A DNA stretch of 64,000 nt from Heterodontus francisci (taxonomy: Eukaryota): positions 83,596,999 through 83,660,998 of the forward strand of contig NC_090386.1 in the NCBI RefSeq assembly GCF_036365525.1, given 5' to 3'. Positions 23,275 through 36,985 of the stretch are shown here, piece after piece. Below the pieces are notes generated by a model that saw only the letters and a list, made by a program, of their open reading frames with translations, had not been told where the DNA came from and did not search any database. Positions within the stretch are counted from its first letter, which is position 1; each line of letters opens with the position of its first letter. Both the position numbers and the translations under genes were made by a program.

Positions 23275-23915
23275 GAAAAAAAATTGCATTTAAATAGCCC
23301 CTTCCATGACTTCAGGAAGTCCCAAACTGAATTCGACAACAACTTACATGCATATAGAAACTTTAATGCAGTAAAACATGCCAAGAAATATCACAGGAGC
23401 GATTATCAAACAACATTTGACACCAAGCCACTTAAGGAGATATTAGGACAGGTGACCTACCAAAGAGGTAGGTTTCAAGGAGCATTTTAAAGGGGAAAAG
23501 AAAGGTAGAGATTCGGAGAGGTGTAGGGAGGGAATTCCAGAGCTCAGACTGTATTCACCGTTGTAATGTAGGAAACATGGCCAATTTGTGCATAGCAATG
23601 TTCCACAAACAGCAATGAGATAATTACCAGATTATCAGTTTGAATGAGGTTGTTTGAGGAATATATATTAAATAGGACAGCGAGGACAACTCCCCTGCTC
23701 TTCTTCAATATTGTGCCATGGGGTCTTTGATATCCACCTGATTGGGCAGACAGGGCTGAACATCTCATCTGAAAAATTGCACCTTTGACAGTGTAGTGCT
23801 TCCTCAGTACTGCATTAAAATGTCAGCCTAGATTTTGTGCTCAAGGCTCTGGAATGGGATTTGAACCTACAACCTTTAGACTCAAATGTGAGAGAGCTAC
23901 CACTGTATCATAACT
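23275..23915 (-). mobile_element. SacSINE1-like SINE with a nested L2 3' fragment (~23335-23543)
   Basis: SINE tail at 23275-23330 and body at 23545-23915; the insert matches the L2 3' end at 33795-34020. Confidence 0.7.
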
Positions 23916-24611
23916 CATGCCTAATGTTCCAAAATAACTACTACAAAACAAACTTTGTGTTTGGAAGTGTGGAAAAATTGATTGGTGGGGCAGGACTGTA
24001 GCACTTAAAGGTAGTATAATTCTGATCTCTAATGCTTATACTGCAAACAGGTCCAGGAAATAGCTGGTCTCCTTGATGAATTTTTTTTAAAGTTCTCAAC
24101 TCATGCTTTGTGACACTGAAACAAGCGATATTACAACAATGAAACTATTTAGATTGCAGGAGCAGTTTCATCACTGCACCAAGTATAAGCATTTAAAATT
24201 CAATTTGAATAATGGCTAGCTTCTCGTGACTCACCTGAAGAAGTTAGTTTAAAATTGGGGTAGGGCACCTTGGCAAACGTTGATGCCCAAGGTCCACCTG
24301 ATGCAATTTTCAGGTGGGCATGTAGATAAGCAAGCAGCCCACCTCCCTGAAACAGGCAGAAAACTGTTTGAATATGCAAATCACAGTTCATTGTCAGTTA
24401 TAGGATCCAGCCTGCAATTTTCACGTACAAGTGAGCAGACAAAACACATACACACCCCAAGTTCATCATCAATGTGAAGTGAAAAACACTCTACATCAGA
24501 ATTAAAACCATATATTGCTAATCCAGTGTTAAGGCCTGATCAAATTTCTTCCTCCATGAAGTTCCACTCCAGCTCAGTCCACTGTCAGGTTAGGATTTAA
24601 CTCTGGATTTA

Positions 24612-25678
24612 AACCTTAGTTACACTTGCTATGCTGAATGGTGATTTTTTTTCATCCATCGGTTGGAAACCTGAATTAATTTTAAAAAGAAACAGGAGAC
24701 AAAAAAACTGATGAAATACCACTGCTGGCAGCTAAAATGACCACTGTAATTTGCATCTAAATGCCCTACATAACAATGTATTGAGGTGGAAACATAGATA
24801 AATCTCCCAGCAGAACAATGGCTTGAGAATTTTGAATGGGGTACTTGCCCTGCCTTCATTAACAAGACATTCAAAGCCATCTGGGAACAGTAATACTGGT
24901 GCAGACGAGTGACTCAAAGGATAATCCTGGAACAATGGGCCTCTGAGAGATTGGAATTCTTAGACCTAATCTAATTAATTTGCAACAGAAAGAATACACT
25001 GGGCAATCATGTGACAGACTCTCCATCTGTGTTAAAACTTGCAGTTCCTTCATTCTACAGAAGACAAGCACCTGATCTCAGTCAGTGAAGGACATAAGTG
25101 GGGTTTCCTCTCTCTCTCTTTGTCCCAAGGTAACCTTGCAAGTTCAAATCTGCTGGCTGCAAAACATCGAAGTCTATCATTGCTGCAGACAGAGAGCCCA
25201 GGAAGAAAAATCATCTTCATCATTGTCTCCAAGAAAACCCTGAACCAGTTGGTCACATCTACCAGCCAGGAATTTCAGAATCACCGAGTTCATCCAGAAG
25301 ACCACTGAATTACCAGACTCCACAGACTGTATATATATTTTTTGATCTGGGATCTAATCCAACCAATCTATTCTTCTCCACTCTGTAACCTATTTGTGTG
25401 TGTGTGATTTTCATGTGTGTGTATATGCGAACTTTGGAGCATAGTTTATTATTTTACTTAAATCAGGTTTTGGTTTTAAGTCAATAAACTAACCTTTTTC
25501 TTGTTTAAACGCAAGAAAATCTGTCTGTTTGGTTCTTTTATAATCATAGCACATAAAGGGTTAAACAATCACTATTGGTAAGCATATCCACTGTTTAAAA
25601 GAAATAAACCCTGTTGCGGTCAAACAAGAAAAAGGACAAAAGGGGAGTCTTTTGACCCCTCCTCACCTGATCTTAACA
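24612..25678 (+). mobile_element. Solo LTR of the same family as 61404-62369
   Basis: The 3' end TTTGACCCCTCCTCACCTGATCTTAACA and the 5' part align with the reverse complement of 61404-62369; (TG)n and AATAAA present; 5' terminus degraded. Confidence 0.75.
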
Positions 25679-25689
25679 ATACACCAGAA

Positions 25690-28600
25690 TACACCAGATG
25701 AATGCGTGGCTGGAGAGATGGTGCAGGAGGGAGGGTTTCAGATTTCTGGGACATTGGGACCAGTTCTGGGGAAGGTGGGACCTGTACAAGCCGGATGGTC
25801 TATGCCTGAACAGGACTGGGACACTCATTCTTGCAGAAAGGTTTGCTAGTGCTGTTGGGGATGGTTTAAAGTAGTTTGGCAGGGGGATGGGAACCTGAGG
25901 GCAGTTTCAGATAGGACAATTTCAGGCCAGGAAACAGAAGGCAGAAAACTAGTGAGTGACTTGCTAATTTGGGCGGCACAGTGGCTCAGTGGTTAGCACC
26001 ACAGCTCCAGCGACCCGGGTTCGGTTCTTGGTACTGCCTGTGTGGAGTTTGCAAGTTCTTCCTGTGACCATGTGGGTTTCTGCTGGGTGCTCCGGTTTCC
26101 TCCCACAGTCAAAGACTTGCAGGTTGATAGGTAAATTGACCATTATAAATTGCCCCTAGTGTCGGTAGGTGGTGGGAGAATGGTGGGGATGTGGTAGGGA
26201 ATATGGGATTAATGTAGGATTAGTATAAATGGGTGGGGTTGTTGGTCGGCACAGACTCGGTGGGCCGAAGGGCCTGTTTCAGTGCTGTATCACTCTATGA
26301 CTTGGAAAGACAATAGGAGCAAAGGCTAAAAAGTGTGCAGCACAGGAATTTGGCAGTGCTAAAAGGTGTTCATTTAAATGCAAGGAGTATAGTAAATAAA
26401 GCCAATGAGCCAATAGATAGACACAAGGCAACACGATATTGTTGCTATAACGGAAATGTGGCTTAAAGTGGGGCAAAAATGACAGATGAACATCCCTGGA
26501 TATAGAGTTTTCAGGCATGATAGAGAGGCAGATAAAAAAGGAGGGGGTGTAGCATTATTGGTTAAGGAATCAATAACAACTATGAGGAGGGATGATATGC
26601 TAAATGAATCATCAAATGAGGCCATTTGGGTGGAGATCAGAAATAAAAAAGGGGCAGCTACACTACTAGGAGTGTACTACAGACCTCCAAATAGTGAGAG
26701 GGATCTGGTGAAGGTGGACTGGACACAGCTACTCGAAGGAAAATTAGTGGCAAGCCAGTGGGAGGCATTCAAAAGCGAGATTCTACAGGCACAGTGTAGG
26801 CATGTCCTCACAAAGATAAAGGGTGGTACTGCCAAATCTAGAGCCCCATGGTTATCTGGAGCCTTACAGGCTATGTTGAAGCAGAAAAAGAAAGCTTATG
26901 GCGATCACAAAACTTAATACTTTAGCAAGCCTGGAGGAGTATAAAAAGTTCAGGGGTGACGTAAAAAAGGAATTAGAAAAGCAAAAAGAGGACATGAAAA
27001 AATATTGGCAGGTAAGATCAAGGAAAACATGAAGATGTTTTATCAGTACATTAAGAGCAAGAGGATAACTAAGGAAAGGGTAGGGCCTATCAGAAATGTA
27101 CAAGGGTACTTACATGTGCTTGCAGATGATGTGGGCAGTGTTCTTAGTGAGTGTTTTGCCTCTGTCTTCATAAAGGAGAGGAATGATGCAGACATTGTAG
27201 TAAAAGAAGAGGAGTGTGAAATATTAGATACGATTAATATAATGAGAGAGGAAGTACTAGAAGGTCTGACATCCTTGAAAGTGGATACATCACCATGGCC
27301 AGATGGATTGTATCTCAGGCTGTTAAAGGAAGCCAGGGAAGAAATAGTGGATGCGCTGAGGTTCATCTTCAGATCTTCACTGGATATAGGCGAGATTATA
27401 CCATTGTTTAAAAAGGGTGCAAGGGATAGGCCAAATAATTATAGGCCGGTCATTCTGACCTTGGTGGTGAGTAAATTTTTAGAATCAATTCTGAGGGACG
27501 GGATAAACTGCCACTTTTAGAGGCACGGACTGATCAGGGATAGTCAGCATGGATTTGTTAAGGAAAGGTCATGTTTACTAACTTAATTGAATTCTTTGAG
27601 GAAGTAACAAAGAGGATTGATGAGGGTAGTGCAATGGATGTGGTCTACATGGATTTTAGTAAGGCATTTGACAAGGTCCCACAGGGCAGACTGGTCAGTA
27701 AAATGAAAGCCCAGGGGATACAGGGGAATGTGGCAGGTTGGATCCAAAATTGGCTCAGTGACAGGAAACAAAGGGTAGTAGTTGATGGATGTTTTTGTGA
27801 ATGGAAGCTGTTTTCAGTGGCCTTCCACAGGGCTCAATGTTGGGTCCCTTGCTGTTTGTGGTATATATTAATGATTTGGACTTAAATGTGGGAGGCATGA
27901 TTGGGAAATTTGCTGATGACACAATAATTAGTCTTGTAGTTGATAGTGAAGAGGATAGGTGTAGATTCCAGAATTATATCAATGGTTTGGTTGAGTGGGC
28001 AGAAAAGTGGCAAATGGACTTCAATCCAGAGAAGTGTGAGGTAATACATTTGGGGAGGGCTAATAAAGTGAAGGAATACACAATAAATGGGAGGATATTG
28101 AGAGGGGTAGAAGAAGTGAAAGACCTTGGAGTACATGCCCACAGGTCCCTAAAGGTGGCAGGACAGGTAGATAATGTGGTGAAGAAGGCACATGGAATGC
28201 TTTCCGTAATTAGTCGAGGTATAGCATACAAAAGCAGGGATATGATGCTGGAACTTTATAAAACGCTGGTTCGGCCACAGTTGGAGTCGGCGTACAGTTC
28301 TGGTCACCACATTACAGGGTGGACATAGTTGCTCTGGAGAGAGTGCAGAGGAGATTTACAAGAATGTTGCCAGGGCTTGAAAGTTGCAGCTATGAGGAAA
28401 GATTGGATAGGCTGGGCTGAGGGGTGACTTAATTGAGGTGTACAAAATTATGAGGGGCCTAGATAGAGTAGACAGGAAGGACTTGTTTCCCCTAGCAGTG
28501 AGGTCAATTACCAGGGGGCACAGATTTAAGGTGATTGATAGAAGGATTAGAGGGGACATGAAGAAAATCGTTTTCACCCAGAGGGTGGTGGGTGTCTGGA

Positions 28601-28790
28601 ATTCACTGCCAAGAATGTTGGTGCAACATTCTTTTAAAATGTACCTGGACATGCACCTGAAGTGCTGTAACCTGCAAGGCTATGGACCAGGTGCTGGAAG
28701 GTGGAATTAGATTGGGCAACTAGTTTTTCAGCTGGGATGGACAAGGCGGGCTGAATGGCCTCCTTCTGTGCTGTAATTTTTCTATGGTTC
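25690..28790 (+). mobile_element. CR1 (HER1-like) LINE, 5' truncated and decayed: end of ORF1 esterase plus ORF2 APE-RT
   Basis: MNAWLERWCRREGFRFLGHW..DLYKPDGL (SGNH-like ORF1); IPGYRVFR.DR..KKGGGV, YYRPPN, NYRPV, YMDFSKAFDKVP, PQGSMLGP, KFADDT; CR1 tail. Confidence 0.93.
25971..26297 (+). mobile_element. HE1-type V-SINE nested in the CR1
   Basis: Same family as 8175-8503, with A/B boxes and V-domain. Confidence 0.9.
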
Positions 28791-29069
28791 TAACTCTATT
28801 ACATTGGTGCAAACCCAAATCACTTCACACTGACCTTATATAGTTATAGTGTTAATGTGCTGTAAGTCAGTGTGAATTTAATGAAAGACAGATCACACCT
28901 ACAAATCAGTTAACATTTTTGGTGGATGGAGGTATGTGATGAACATTTACTAACTTTTTTTTTCACATAACATCTTCTATAATAAATACAAATTATTGTC
29001 TCTTTCCTCTACATGTTCTGCTGTTAGTTATTAAAAGTGTGATTAGCTTTCTTACCCAGTGTGGCTAAA

Positions 29070-29280
29070 GTGTGGAATTTAAGGAGTAGTTGAGCCAAAT
29101 AGCATAGATGCATTTAAGGGGAAGCTAGATACATACATGAGGGAGAAAGGAATAGCAGGTTATGCTGATAGGGTTAGATGAAATAGAGTAGGAGGAAGCT
29201 TGTGTAGACTATAACTCAGCATAGACCGGTTTGGCTGATTGGCCTACTTCTGTGCTGTACATTCTATGTAATTCAATGTA
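29070..29280 (+). mobile_element. CR1 3' tail fragment
   Basis: SIDAFKGKLD coding end followed by a CR1-type 3' UTR; similar to 32580-32740. Confidence 0.7.
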
Positions 29281-29731
29281 ACAAAGGTCCTAGAGGCCAT
29301 GATACAATGTGTAGTTGTACCATTTCTTTCTATGCTGCATGTGCAAATATATAACTGAATCTAAAAGTGTATTGGAACTTGGTGAGGAAACCAAACCTTT
29401 TATGTTATTCCAGTTATATGACATATAAATCTTACGCAGTCAACTACACTGGTAAACACAAACTTATTCATTTTCACATGACCAATGGCAGTGAAGACCC
29501 ATTTTTGCATGGGCCTTCTGATCTATTGCCAACAATGAGTTGCCTCATTGGTTTAGCTGGCATGGTCAAACAGGGGCTCTTCTTTGAACTACTCCGCAGG
29601 GGCTCAATGACCTGAACTGCACCAATAGTACTGAAGGTGTTATCTGACCAGGACACTCTTCAGTTTGAACACGACTTCCACTGACATGTATTCTACTGTT
29701 TTGATCATTTAAATCAAGGGATTGTTTTGAT

Positions 29732-30640
29732 CCCCTGACATCGAGGCAGCATTTGACCAAGTGTGGCATCAAGGAGACCTAGCAAAACTGGAGTCACTGG
29801 GAATCAGGGGGAAAAGGCTCCGCTTGTTGGAGTCATACCTAGTGCAAAGGAAGATGGTTGTGGTTGTTGGAGGTCAATCATCTCCATCCAAGGACATTAC
29901 TGCAGGAGTTCCTCAGGGTAGTGTCCTAGGCCCAACCATCTTCAGCTGCTTCATCAATGACCTTCCATCCATTCATAAGGTCAGAAGTGTGGATGTTCGC
30001 TGATGATTGCACAATGTTCTGCATAATTTGCGACTCCTCAGATACTGAAGCAGCTCATGTAGAAATGCAGCAGGACCTGGACAATATCCAGGCTTGGGCT
30101 GAAAAGTGGCAAGTAACATTCATGCCATCAAGGGCCAGGCAATGACCATCTCGAACAAGAGAGAATCTAACCATCTCCCCTTGACATTGGCATTACGATC
30201 GCTGAATCCCCCACTATCAACATCCTGGGCATCACCATTGACCAGAAAATGAACTGGACCAGCCACATAAATGCTGTGGCTACAAGAGCAGGTTTGAGGC
30301 TGGGAATTCTGTGGTGAGTAACTCAACTCCTGACTCCCCAATTCCTATCCAAGTCAGGAGTGTGATGGAATACTCTCCACTTGCCTGGATGGGTGCAGCT
30401 CCAACAACACTCAAGAAGCTCAACACCATCCAAGCCAAAACAGTCCGATTGATTAGCACCCCATCCACCACCTTCAACATTCACTCCCTTCCCAACAGCA
30501 CCGGAGGTGTACCTACCCCACATGGACTGCAGTAGTTCAAGAAGGCAGCTCACCATCACCTTTTCAAGGGCAATTAGGGATGGGCAATAAATGCTGGCCT
30601 AGCCAGCAACGCCCACATCCCCCGAACAAATAAAAAAATA
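29732..30640 (+). mobile_element. CR1-group LINE family B, 5' truncated, with an internal deletion
   Basis: DI.AAFDQVWHQG, AGVPQGSVLGP, MFADDCT; tail GGGCAATTAGGGATGGGCAATAAATGCTGGCC plus an A-rich end. Confidence 0.88.
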
Positions 30641-31744
30641 GTTCAGCTTTCTATTTGCTGTGTTAATGGTTGCTCTGCGGAGATTGGACTTGTTGAGCAT
30701 TGAGTCTCTAAATCACCTTCAGTTATTTTAACACCAAAGATGGAGTACGTGATAATGAGGTGCCATTCTAGAATGCTCTAAACAATCAAAAAGAAAAATG
30801 AAAGCTTGTTAAATTTTGGCTGCAGTGCAAAAATTATACTGCAGACTTCAAAGGGTAAATTGATACTTTCAGGTTGGTGTGTAAGCTGCCTGGGATGCAG
30901 GTAAATTCATGACTTTTACAAAGTAATTAGATTTATTGACTCACAATAAGGTCCTGAAAGGATATTAAATGGGATGCCATTCATTCTGAGTCCTGATATT
31001 GTGAAGTGAGTATATTACTCTGAGTCAATATAGAGTGGATCAAATCAAAGGTTACAGTTACAAAGAAAATGGATGGAGAGGAAGGATTATCAAATATGGG
31101 AGTATAAAGTGTCGTAATCTCAGACTCAAGTGCCTTATCTTTCTAACGCATCATTGAAGAGCTCATGGTCATGCAATGCATCACTGTGACCAGCATTCAG
31201 CTCCCTGTGATTATAAGTATTGAACAAAGTTACATATATATATTCGCTGGCTCTGGTTGCCACAATATATCTTCTTGGGTTTGTTATTAGATAATGTCAC
31301 TGTCATTGTGTGCAGTCCTGAATTTATTCTGTCTGTCGCTCACCTCTGCCACAGAAGATCACACCTTGCGTCTTTGTTCATTTTGTATTGGCTTGGTCTC
31401 AGGACTACTGAACTCCAGCATAGAACTCTTAAAAGGTATTTTGCGGGGGCAGTATGGTGGTAGTGGTGGGGCAGAGGGGGCTGGTTGGTGGTGGGAGTTT
31501 GCTGAGCGCTGGAGAGTTCCTAATATTTGAGGAAAATCTTTATTTGGGATTCCTGTTCCTAGAAAAGTTCAACACATCACAAATAGACTCCAAGGGGGAG
31601 AATTCTTCTCTATGGTATATGTAGTGAAATTGTAAACTAGTTTATCATCGATGAATGTACACGGTTAATAGAAGTCTTGCCTCGTCAGGCTGATGTATAG
31701 ATCCCATGTTTCTGCTGCGTTCCCCAATCTCCTGGTAAGGAACA

Positions 31745-32140
31745 AAGGTGGCTCAATAGGTAGCATACCTGTCTCTGAGTTAGAGTTTCAGCATTGCTGC
31801 AGATCTTGAACATATGATTCAGGCTGACACTTTCGTTTAGTTCTGAGGGAGTGCTGCATTGTTTGAGGTGTAGTCTTTTGCATAAGATGGAGATCAAGGA
31901 TCTTTTAGCCTAATTACAAAAGATTGGAATATCAGTGTTATAGCCAACAACATCACTAAAGCAGAATAGCTGGCCAGTTATCTCATTGCTGCTTTTGGTA
32001 CCTGTCCGTGTGGAAATTGACTGCTGTGTTTGCCATACAGAAAAACAGCGATTACATTTCAAAAGTAATTCATTAGCTATGAAGTGATTTGAGGCACCCT
32101 TAAGCTATCAAAGGTGTTATATCAATGTAAATACCTTGTT
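31745..32140 (+). mobile_element. Old SacSINE1-like SINE
   Basis: Degenerate head GTGGCTCAATAGGTAGC, CTGAGGGAGTGCTGCATTG core and tail. Confidence 0.65.
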
Positions 32141-32319
32141 TATTTTAAAGTGCATTAATACGCAGGCTATAATTTTAAAGTAGTCCAAATTTGTGGAAAC
32201 TAAATTGAGTTAGGCTGACTTTTAAGTTGGCTTTGTGAAATAGGTGCCATTGAGTGGCTTCCTCCTTCTACCTGGTTGCACCCTACATAATGACCCAAAT
32301 AATTGACCACAATTACAGT

Positions 32320-32745
32320 AATGTGCACAGCTCTGGTCTCCATATTGTAATAAGGAAATGGAGGCACCAGAGAAGGTGCAAAAAAGATTTAGAAAAATGA
32401 TTCCAGAACTGAGAGGTTATACCTATTAGGAAAGATTGAACAGGCTGGGTCTGTTTTCTCGAGAAAAGAGAAGGCTGAGGGTGACCTGATAGAGGTCAGA
32501 TAGTCACAAAAAGTTCCAATGGAGAATTCAGAAAAAGCTTCTTCACCCAGAGAGTGGTTAGAATGTAGAGATCACAATCATAAGGAATAGTTGAGATGAT
32601 CAGCATAGATGCATTTAAAGGAAGCTAGATAAACACATGAGAAAGAAATAAAAGGTTATGTTGGGAGGTTGGATAAAATAGGAGGAGGCTCATGTGGAGC
32701 ATAAAAGCCAGCATGGACCAGTTCTGCTGTACATTTTATGTAAAA
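32320..32745 (+). mobile_element. CR1 3' fragment
   Basis: EKVQKRF, LFSREKRRLR and FFTQRVVR motifs. Confidence 0.8.
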
Positions 32746-32747
32746 AA

Positions 32748-33061
32748 ATTTTAAATTTATTTAGAGATACAGCATTGAAACAGGCCCTTCGAGTCTGTGC
32801 CAACCAACAACCACCCATTTATACTAACCCTACAGTAATCGCATATTCCCTACCACCTACCTCCACCAGGAGCAATTTACAATGGCCAATTTACCTATCA
32901 CCTGCAAGTCTTTGGCAGTGGGAGGAAACCAGAGCACCCGGCGAAAACCCACGCGGTCACAGGGAGAACTTGCAAACTCCGCACAGGCAGTACCCAGAAT
33001 TGAACCCGGGACCCTGGAGCTGTGAGACTGCAGTGCTAACCACTGCGCCAATGTGCCACCC
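32748..33061 (-). mobile_element. HE1-type V-SINE
   Basis: Near-identical layout to 8175-8503. Confidence 0.9.
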
Positions 33062-33794
33062 ATGAATTGTAAATGGATTGTAAATGTAAATGGTAATCAA
33101 GCAGTATGCTTTTATCACAGGCAAGCCTATTTACAAATGAAGAAACCTGCCTATTTGGGGGACTGCTTTCAGTTGAAATAGTAAATATGATGTTAGGTTT
33201 TGCAAAGGTTACTTGTGAGCAGGACTATCTTGATGGTGGGGCTGAATGGCAAAGTGTGACTTTCTCTCTGGTATAACAAAATCAAATGTCTATGGTACAA
33301 GGTTTGCATTCCACTTTATGGAGACTGAGAATTTATTATCTTTTAAAATCATCCAAATTTGTCAAATTTGTCAAGCTTGTCAATTTTTTGTTTTCAGTTG
33401 AGGAATGCGCATGCTGGGGAATGAAAATCCTTTTCAGCTTTGACCGAATGGGCTGAATTTGCACATTGTGATTTTAGTAATGAAAGTATTAACACACTTG
33501 TGTGAAATTCCTTTTCTGCTATTCTCACAAAGTGAGCCATTTTCATTTGTACCAGTTAGGTCACATTAAAGGAGCTTTGTATGAATGTGTTAATGTGTTC
33601 ATTATTACTACAGCACAGCAGAATTTCAGATCATGTATTAATGTCAAGCACCCTCAAATTAGAAGGAGCACTTTCAGCCAGAGTAAAACTCTAGTCTATC
33701 CCAACCTTGAACGGATACCTCGCTACTACGTGAGTGCAAACCTTTTTTCATTTCCCACTGAAGCCTCCCCTCTGGTCTCTTTTAAGGAAGTCAA

Positions 33795-34615
33795 ACAACA
33801 ATAACAGCAACAATTTGTATTTATATAGTGCCTTTAACATAATAAGACATCCCAAGGCACTTCACAGGAGCATAAGAAAACAAAATATGACACCAAGCTA
33901 CATAAGGAGATATTAGGTGAGATGACCAAAACCTTGGTCAAAGAGATAGATTTTAAGGAGTGTCTTAAAGGACAAAAGTGATGTAGAAAGACAGAAAGGT
34001 TTATGGAGGGAATTCTGGAGATTAGGGCTCAGACAGCTGAAGACATGATCACCAATGGTGGAGTGGTTAAAATCAGGGATGCTCGAGAGGTTGGAATTAG
34101 AGGAGCGCAGATATCTCAGAGGGTTGTGGGGCTGAGGAGATTACAGTGTTAGGGAGGGGCAAGGGCATGGAGGATGAGAATTTTAAAATTGAAATGTTGC
34201 TTAACGAGGAGACAATGTAGGTCAGCAAGCACAGGGCTGATGGGTGAATGGCATTTGGTGCGAGTTAGGACATGAGCAACAGAGTTTTGAATGACCGCAA
34301 GTTTACAGAAAGTTGAAGATGGGAGTCAGGCCAGGAGAGCATTAAAAAAATCATGTCTGGAGGTAACAAAGACATTAATGAGAGTTTTAGCTGTGGAAGA
34401 GCTGAGGCAGGAGCGGAGATGGACGATGTTAGGGAGGTGGAGGTGTGAATATGCGGTCGGAAGCTCATCTTGGGGTCAAGTATGATACTGAGGTTGTGAA
34501 CAGTCTGGTTCAGCCTCAGGCAGTTGCCTGGGAGAGGGATAGAATCAGTAGCGTGGGAGCAGAATTTGTGATGGGGACTGAAGACAATAGCTTCAGTCTT
34601 CTCAATATTTAATTA
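33795..34615 (-). mobile_element. L2 LINE 3' portion
   Basis: Minus strand encodes L2-type remnants (AKTLINVFVTSR.D..NALLA, IQNSVA.VL); tail ..CACTATATAAATACAAATTGTTGC. Confidence 0.8.
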
Positions 34616-34664
34616 TCGATATTTATATTTAAAAGACTGCTAATTTATGCAAGATACCGAAAAA

Positions 34665-34865
34665 GAAAACAAGCCTTGCAGTCATATCATGCCTTTCAGT
34701 GCTTTATAGCCATTAAAGTATTTTTCGAAATGTAGTCAATGTTGTAATTTGAGAAACACATCATGCAATTTGTACACAGCAAGCTCGCATGAACAACAAT
34801 CAATTAAATGACCTGCGATGTTGGTTGAGTGATAAATATTGGCCATGGCACCGAGGAGAACACCA
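34665..34865 (-). mobile_element. SacSINE1-like SINE fragment
   Basis: Tail and Deu-like core (TTGGTTGAGTGATAAATATTGGCC). Confidence 0.6.
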
Positions 34866-35649
34866 ACTTGCAGCACTATAGTGACTTCACCAGTAACATT
34901 CCAAAGGTGCCTGACAGTAGAACAGTAGTAGATGTGTGGGATTGACTAAAGGCATAGTTGGAGATAGCTTTTGAGTAGGCTCATGATAAAGATGATAGAA
35001 GTAGTAAAGCTGAAATGAATAATGGGAGCTCCAGAAACTAAGGAGGAGATGGCTGAAGGCTCTGCATCAATGGTGGAGTGGAACAAGGGCATTTCCACCA
35101 GAGCCCAGAGTCAAAAGAACAAAGTACTGGAACTGAAACATTGATCTAGAGGAGGTTCCAGAGGTAGAATGAAGTGAGGCCAGAGAGGGATTTGCAAATA
35201 AGGATTGAGACTTTGAGGTTAATAGTAGCGGTCTTACATACTAAGCTAGAATCTAACCCAGGAGACAAAAGAGAATTGTAATGGATTGGAAAAAGAGGCA
35301 GAATAGGGGGAGGTGATGGGATTATTTTCCAGATTTTGTAATCGATTTACTGGTGATAATAAATAGGCAAAATTCTTCATAACCATGATCATTTTTGGCT
35401 CCATACCCACAAATGTGGGAAGAGATAATGTTTTAAGAAAAAGTACGAACACTTGATTTTTACCATAATTACTGAATAATGAAATGACACTCACAGAAAT
35501 TGTATGTTTCAAAGCTGCAGGTTCCTACAATTCTGTTACTGGGTCATTAATTACAGGCAAAACATATTTTTAGAAGAATTTCAGCTTTGGTGTCAGGAAA
35601 TTTCTAAAATGTAAATTAGACTGAATGAGAGACTTCAGTTACGTGGATA

Positions 35650-36985
35650 GTAAAGTGATGGAAGGTGCCATCAACAGTGCCATCAAGCGGCACTTGCTTA
35701 GCAATAACCAGCTCAGTGATGCTCAATTTGGATTCCGCTAGGGCCACTCAGCTCTTGACCTCATTACAGCCTTGGTTCAAACATGGACAAAAGAGCTGAA
35801 CTCAAGAGGTGAGGTGAGAGTGACTGCCCTTGACATCAAGGCAGCATTTGACCGAGTATGGCATCAAGGAGCCCTAGCAAAACTGAGGTCAATGGGAATC
35901 AGGGGGAAACCCTCCGCTGGTTGGATTCATACTTAGCGCAAAGGAAGATGGTTGTGGTTGTTGGAGGTCAATCATCTGAGCTCCAGGACATCACTGCAGG
36001 AGTTCCTCAGGGTAATGTCCTAGGCCCAACCATCTTCAGCTGCTTCATCAATGACCTTCCTACAATCACAAGGTCAGAAGTGGGGATGTTCGCTGATGAT
36101 TGCACAATGTTCAGCACCATTCATGACTCCTCAGATACTGAAGCAGTGCATTTAGAAATGCAGCAAGACTTGGACAATATCCAAGCTTGGGCTGAAAAGT
36201 GGCAAGTAACATTCGCGCCACACAAGTGCCAGGCAATGACCATCTCGAACAAGAGAGAATCTAACCATCTCCCCTTGACATTCAATGACCTTACGATCGC
36301 TGAATCCCCCACTATCAACATCCTAGGGCCTACCATTGACCAGAAACTGAACTGAAGTAGCCATATAAATACCGTGGCTACAAGAGCAGGTCAGAGGCTA
36401 GGAATCCTGTGACGAGTAACTCACCTCCTGACTCCCCAAAGCCTGTCCACCATCTACAAGGCACAAGTCAGGAGTGTGATGGAATACTCTCCACTTGCCT
36501 GCAGCTTCAACAACGCTCAAGAAGCTTGACACCATCCAGGACAAAGCAGCCCGCTTGATTGGCATCCCATCTACAAACATTCACTCCCTCCACCACCGAC
36601 GCACAGTGGCAGCAGTGTGTACCATCTACAAGATGCACTGCAGCAACGCACCAAGACTCCTTAGACAGCAGCTTACAAACCCGCGACCTCTACCAACTAG
36701 AAGGACAAGGGCAGCAAATGTATGGGAGCACCACCACCTGCAAGTTCCCCTCCAAGTCACACACCATCCTGACTTGGAACCATATCGCCGTTCCTTCACT
36801 CTCGCTGGGTCAAAATCCTGGAACTCCCTTCCTAACAGCACTGTGGGTGTATCTACCCCACATGGACTGCAGCGGTTCAAGAAGGCAGCTCACCACCACC
36901 TTCTCAAGGGCAATTAGGGATGGGCAATAAATGCTGGCCTGGCCAGCGATGCCCACATCCCATGAATGAATAAAAAAAAAGAAAA
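35650..36985 (+). mobile_element. CR1-group LINE family B, 5' truncated, inserted in a CR1 tail
   Basis: QFGFR, LDIKAAFDRVWHQG, GVPQG, FADDCT and RFKKAAHHHLLKGN*, followed by a poly(A)-like tail. Confidence 0.92.

Noticed and set aside
24527-24612. TGTTAAG at 24527 as the 5' end of the LTR
   Set aside because: It is complementary to the 3' end CTTAACA, but the flanks give no TSD and similarity to the 61404 LTR only begins near 24620.
25971-26050. tRNA genes at the A/B-box motifs (also ~8430-8503, ~9565, ~32990, ~61290)
   Set aside because: Each continues into a SINE body and tail, so they are SINE heads.
29470-29730. Coding-looking minus-strand segment
   Set aside because: No recognisable motif, splice pair or family.
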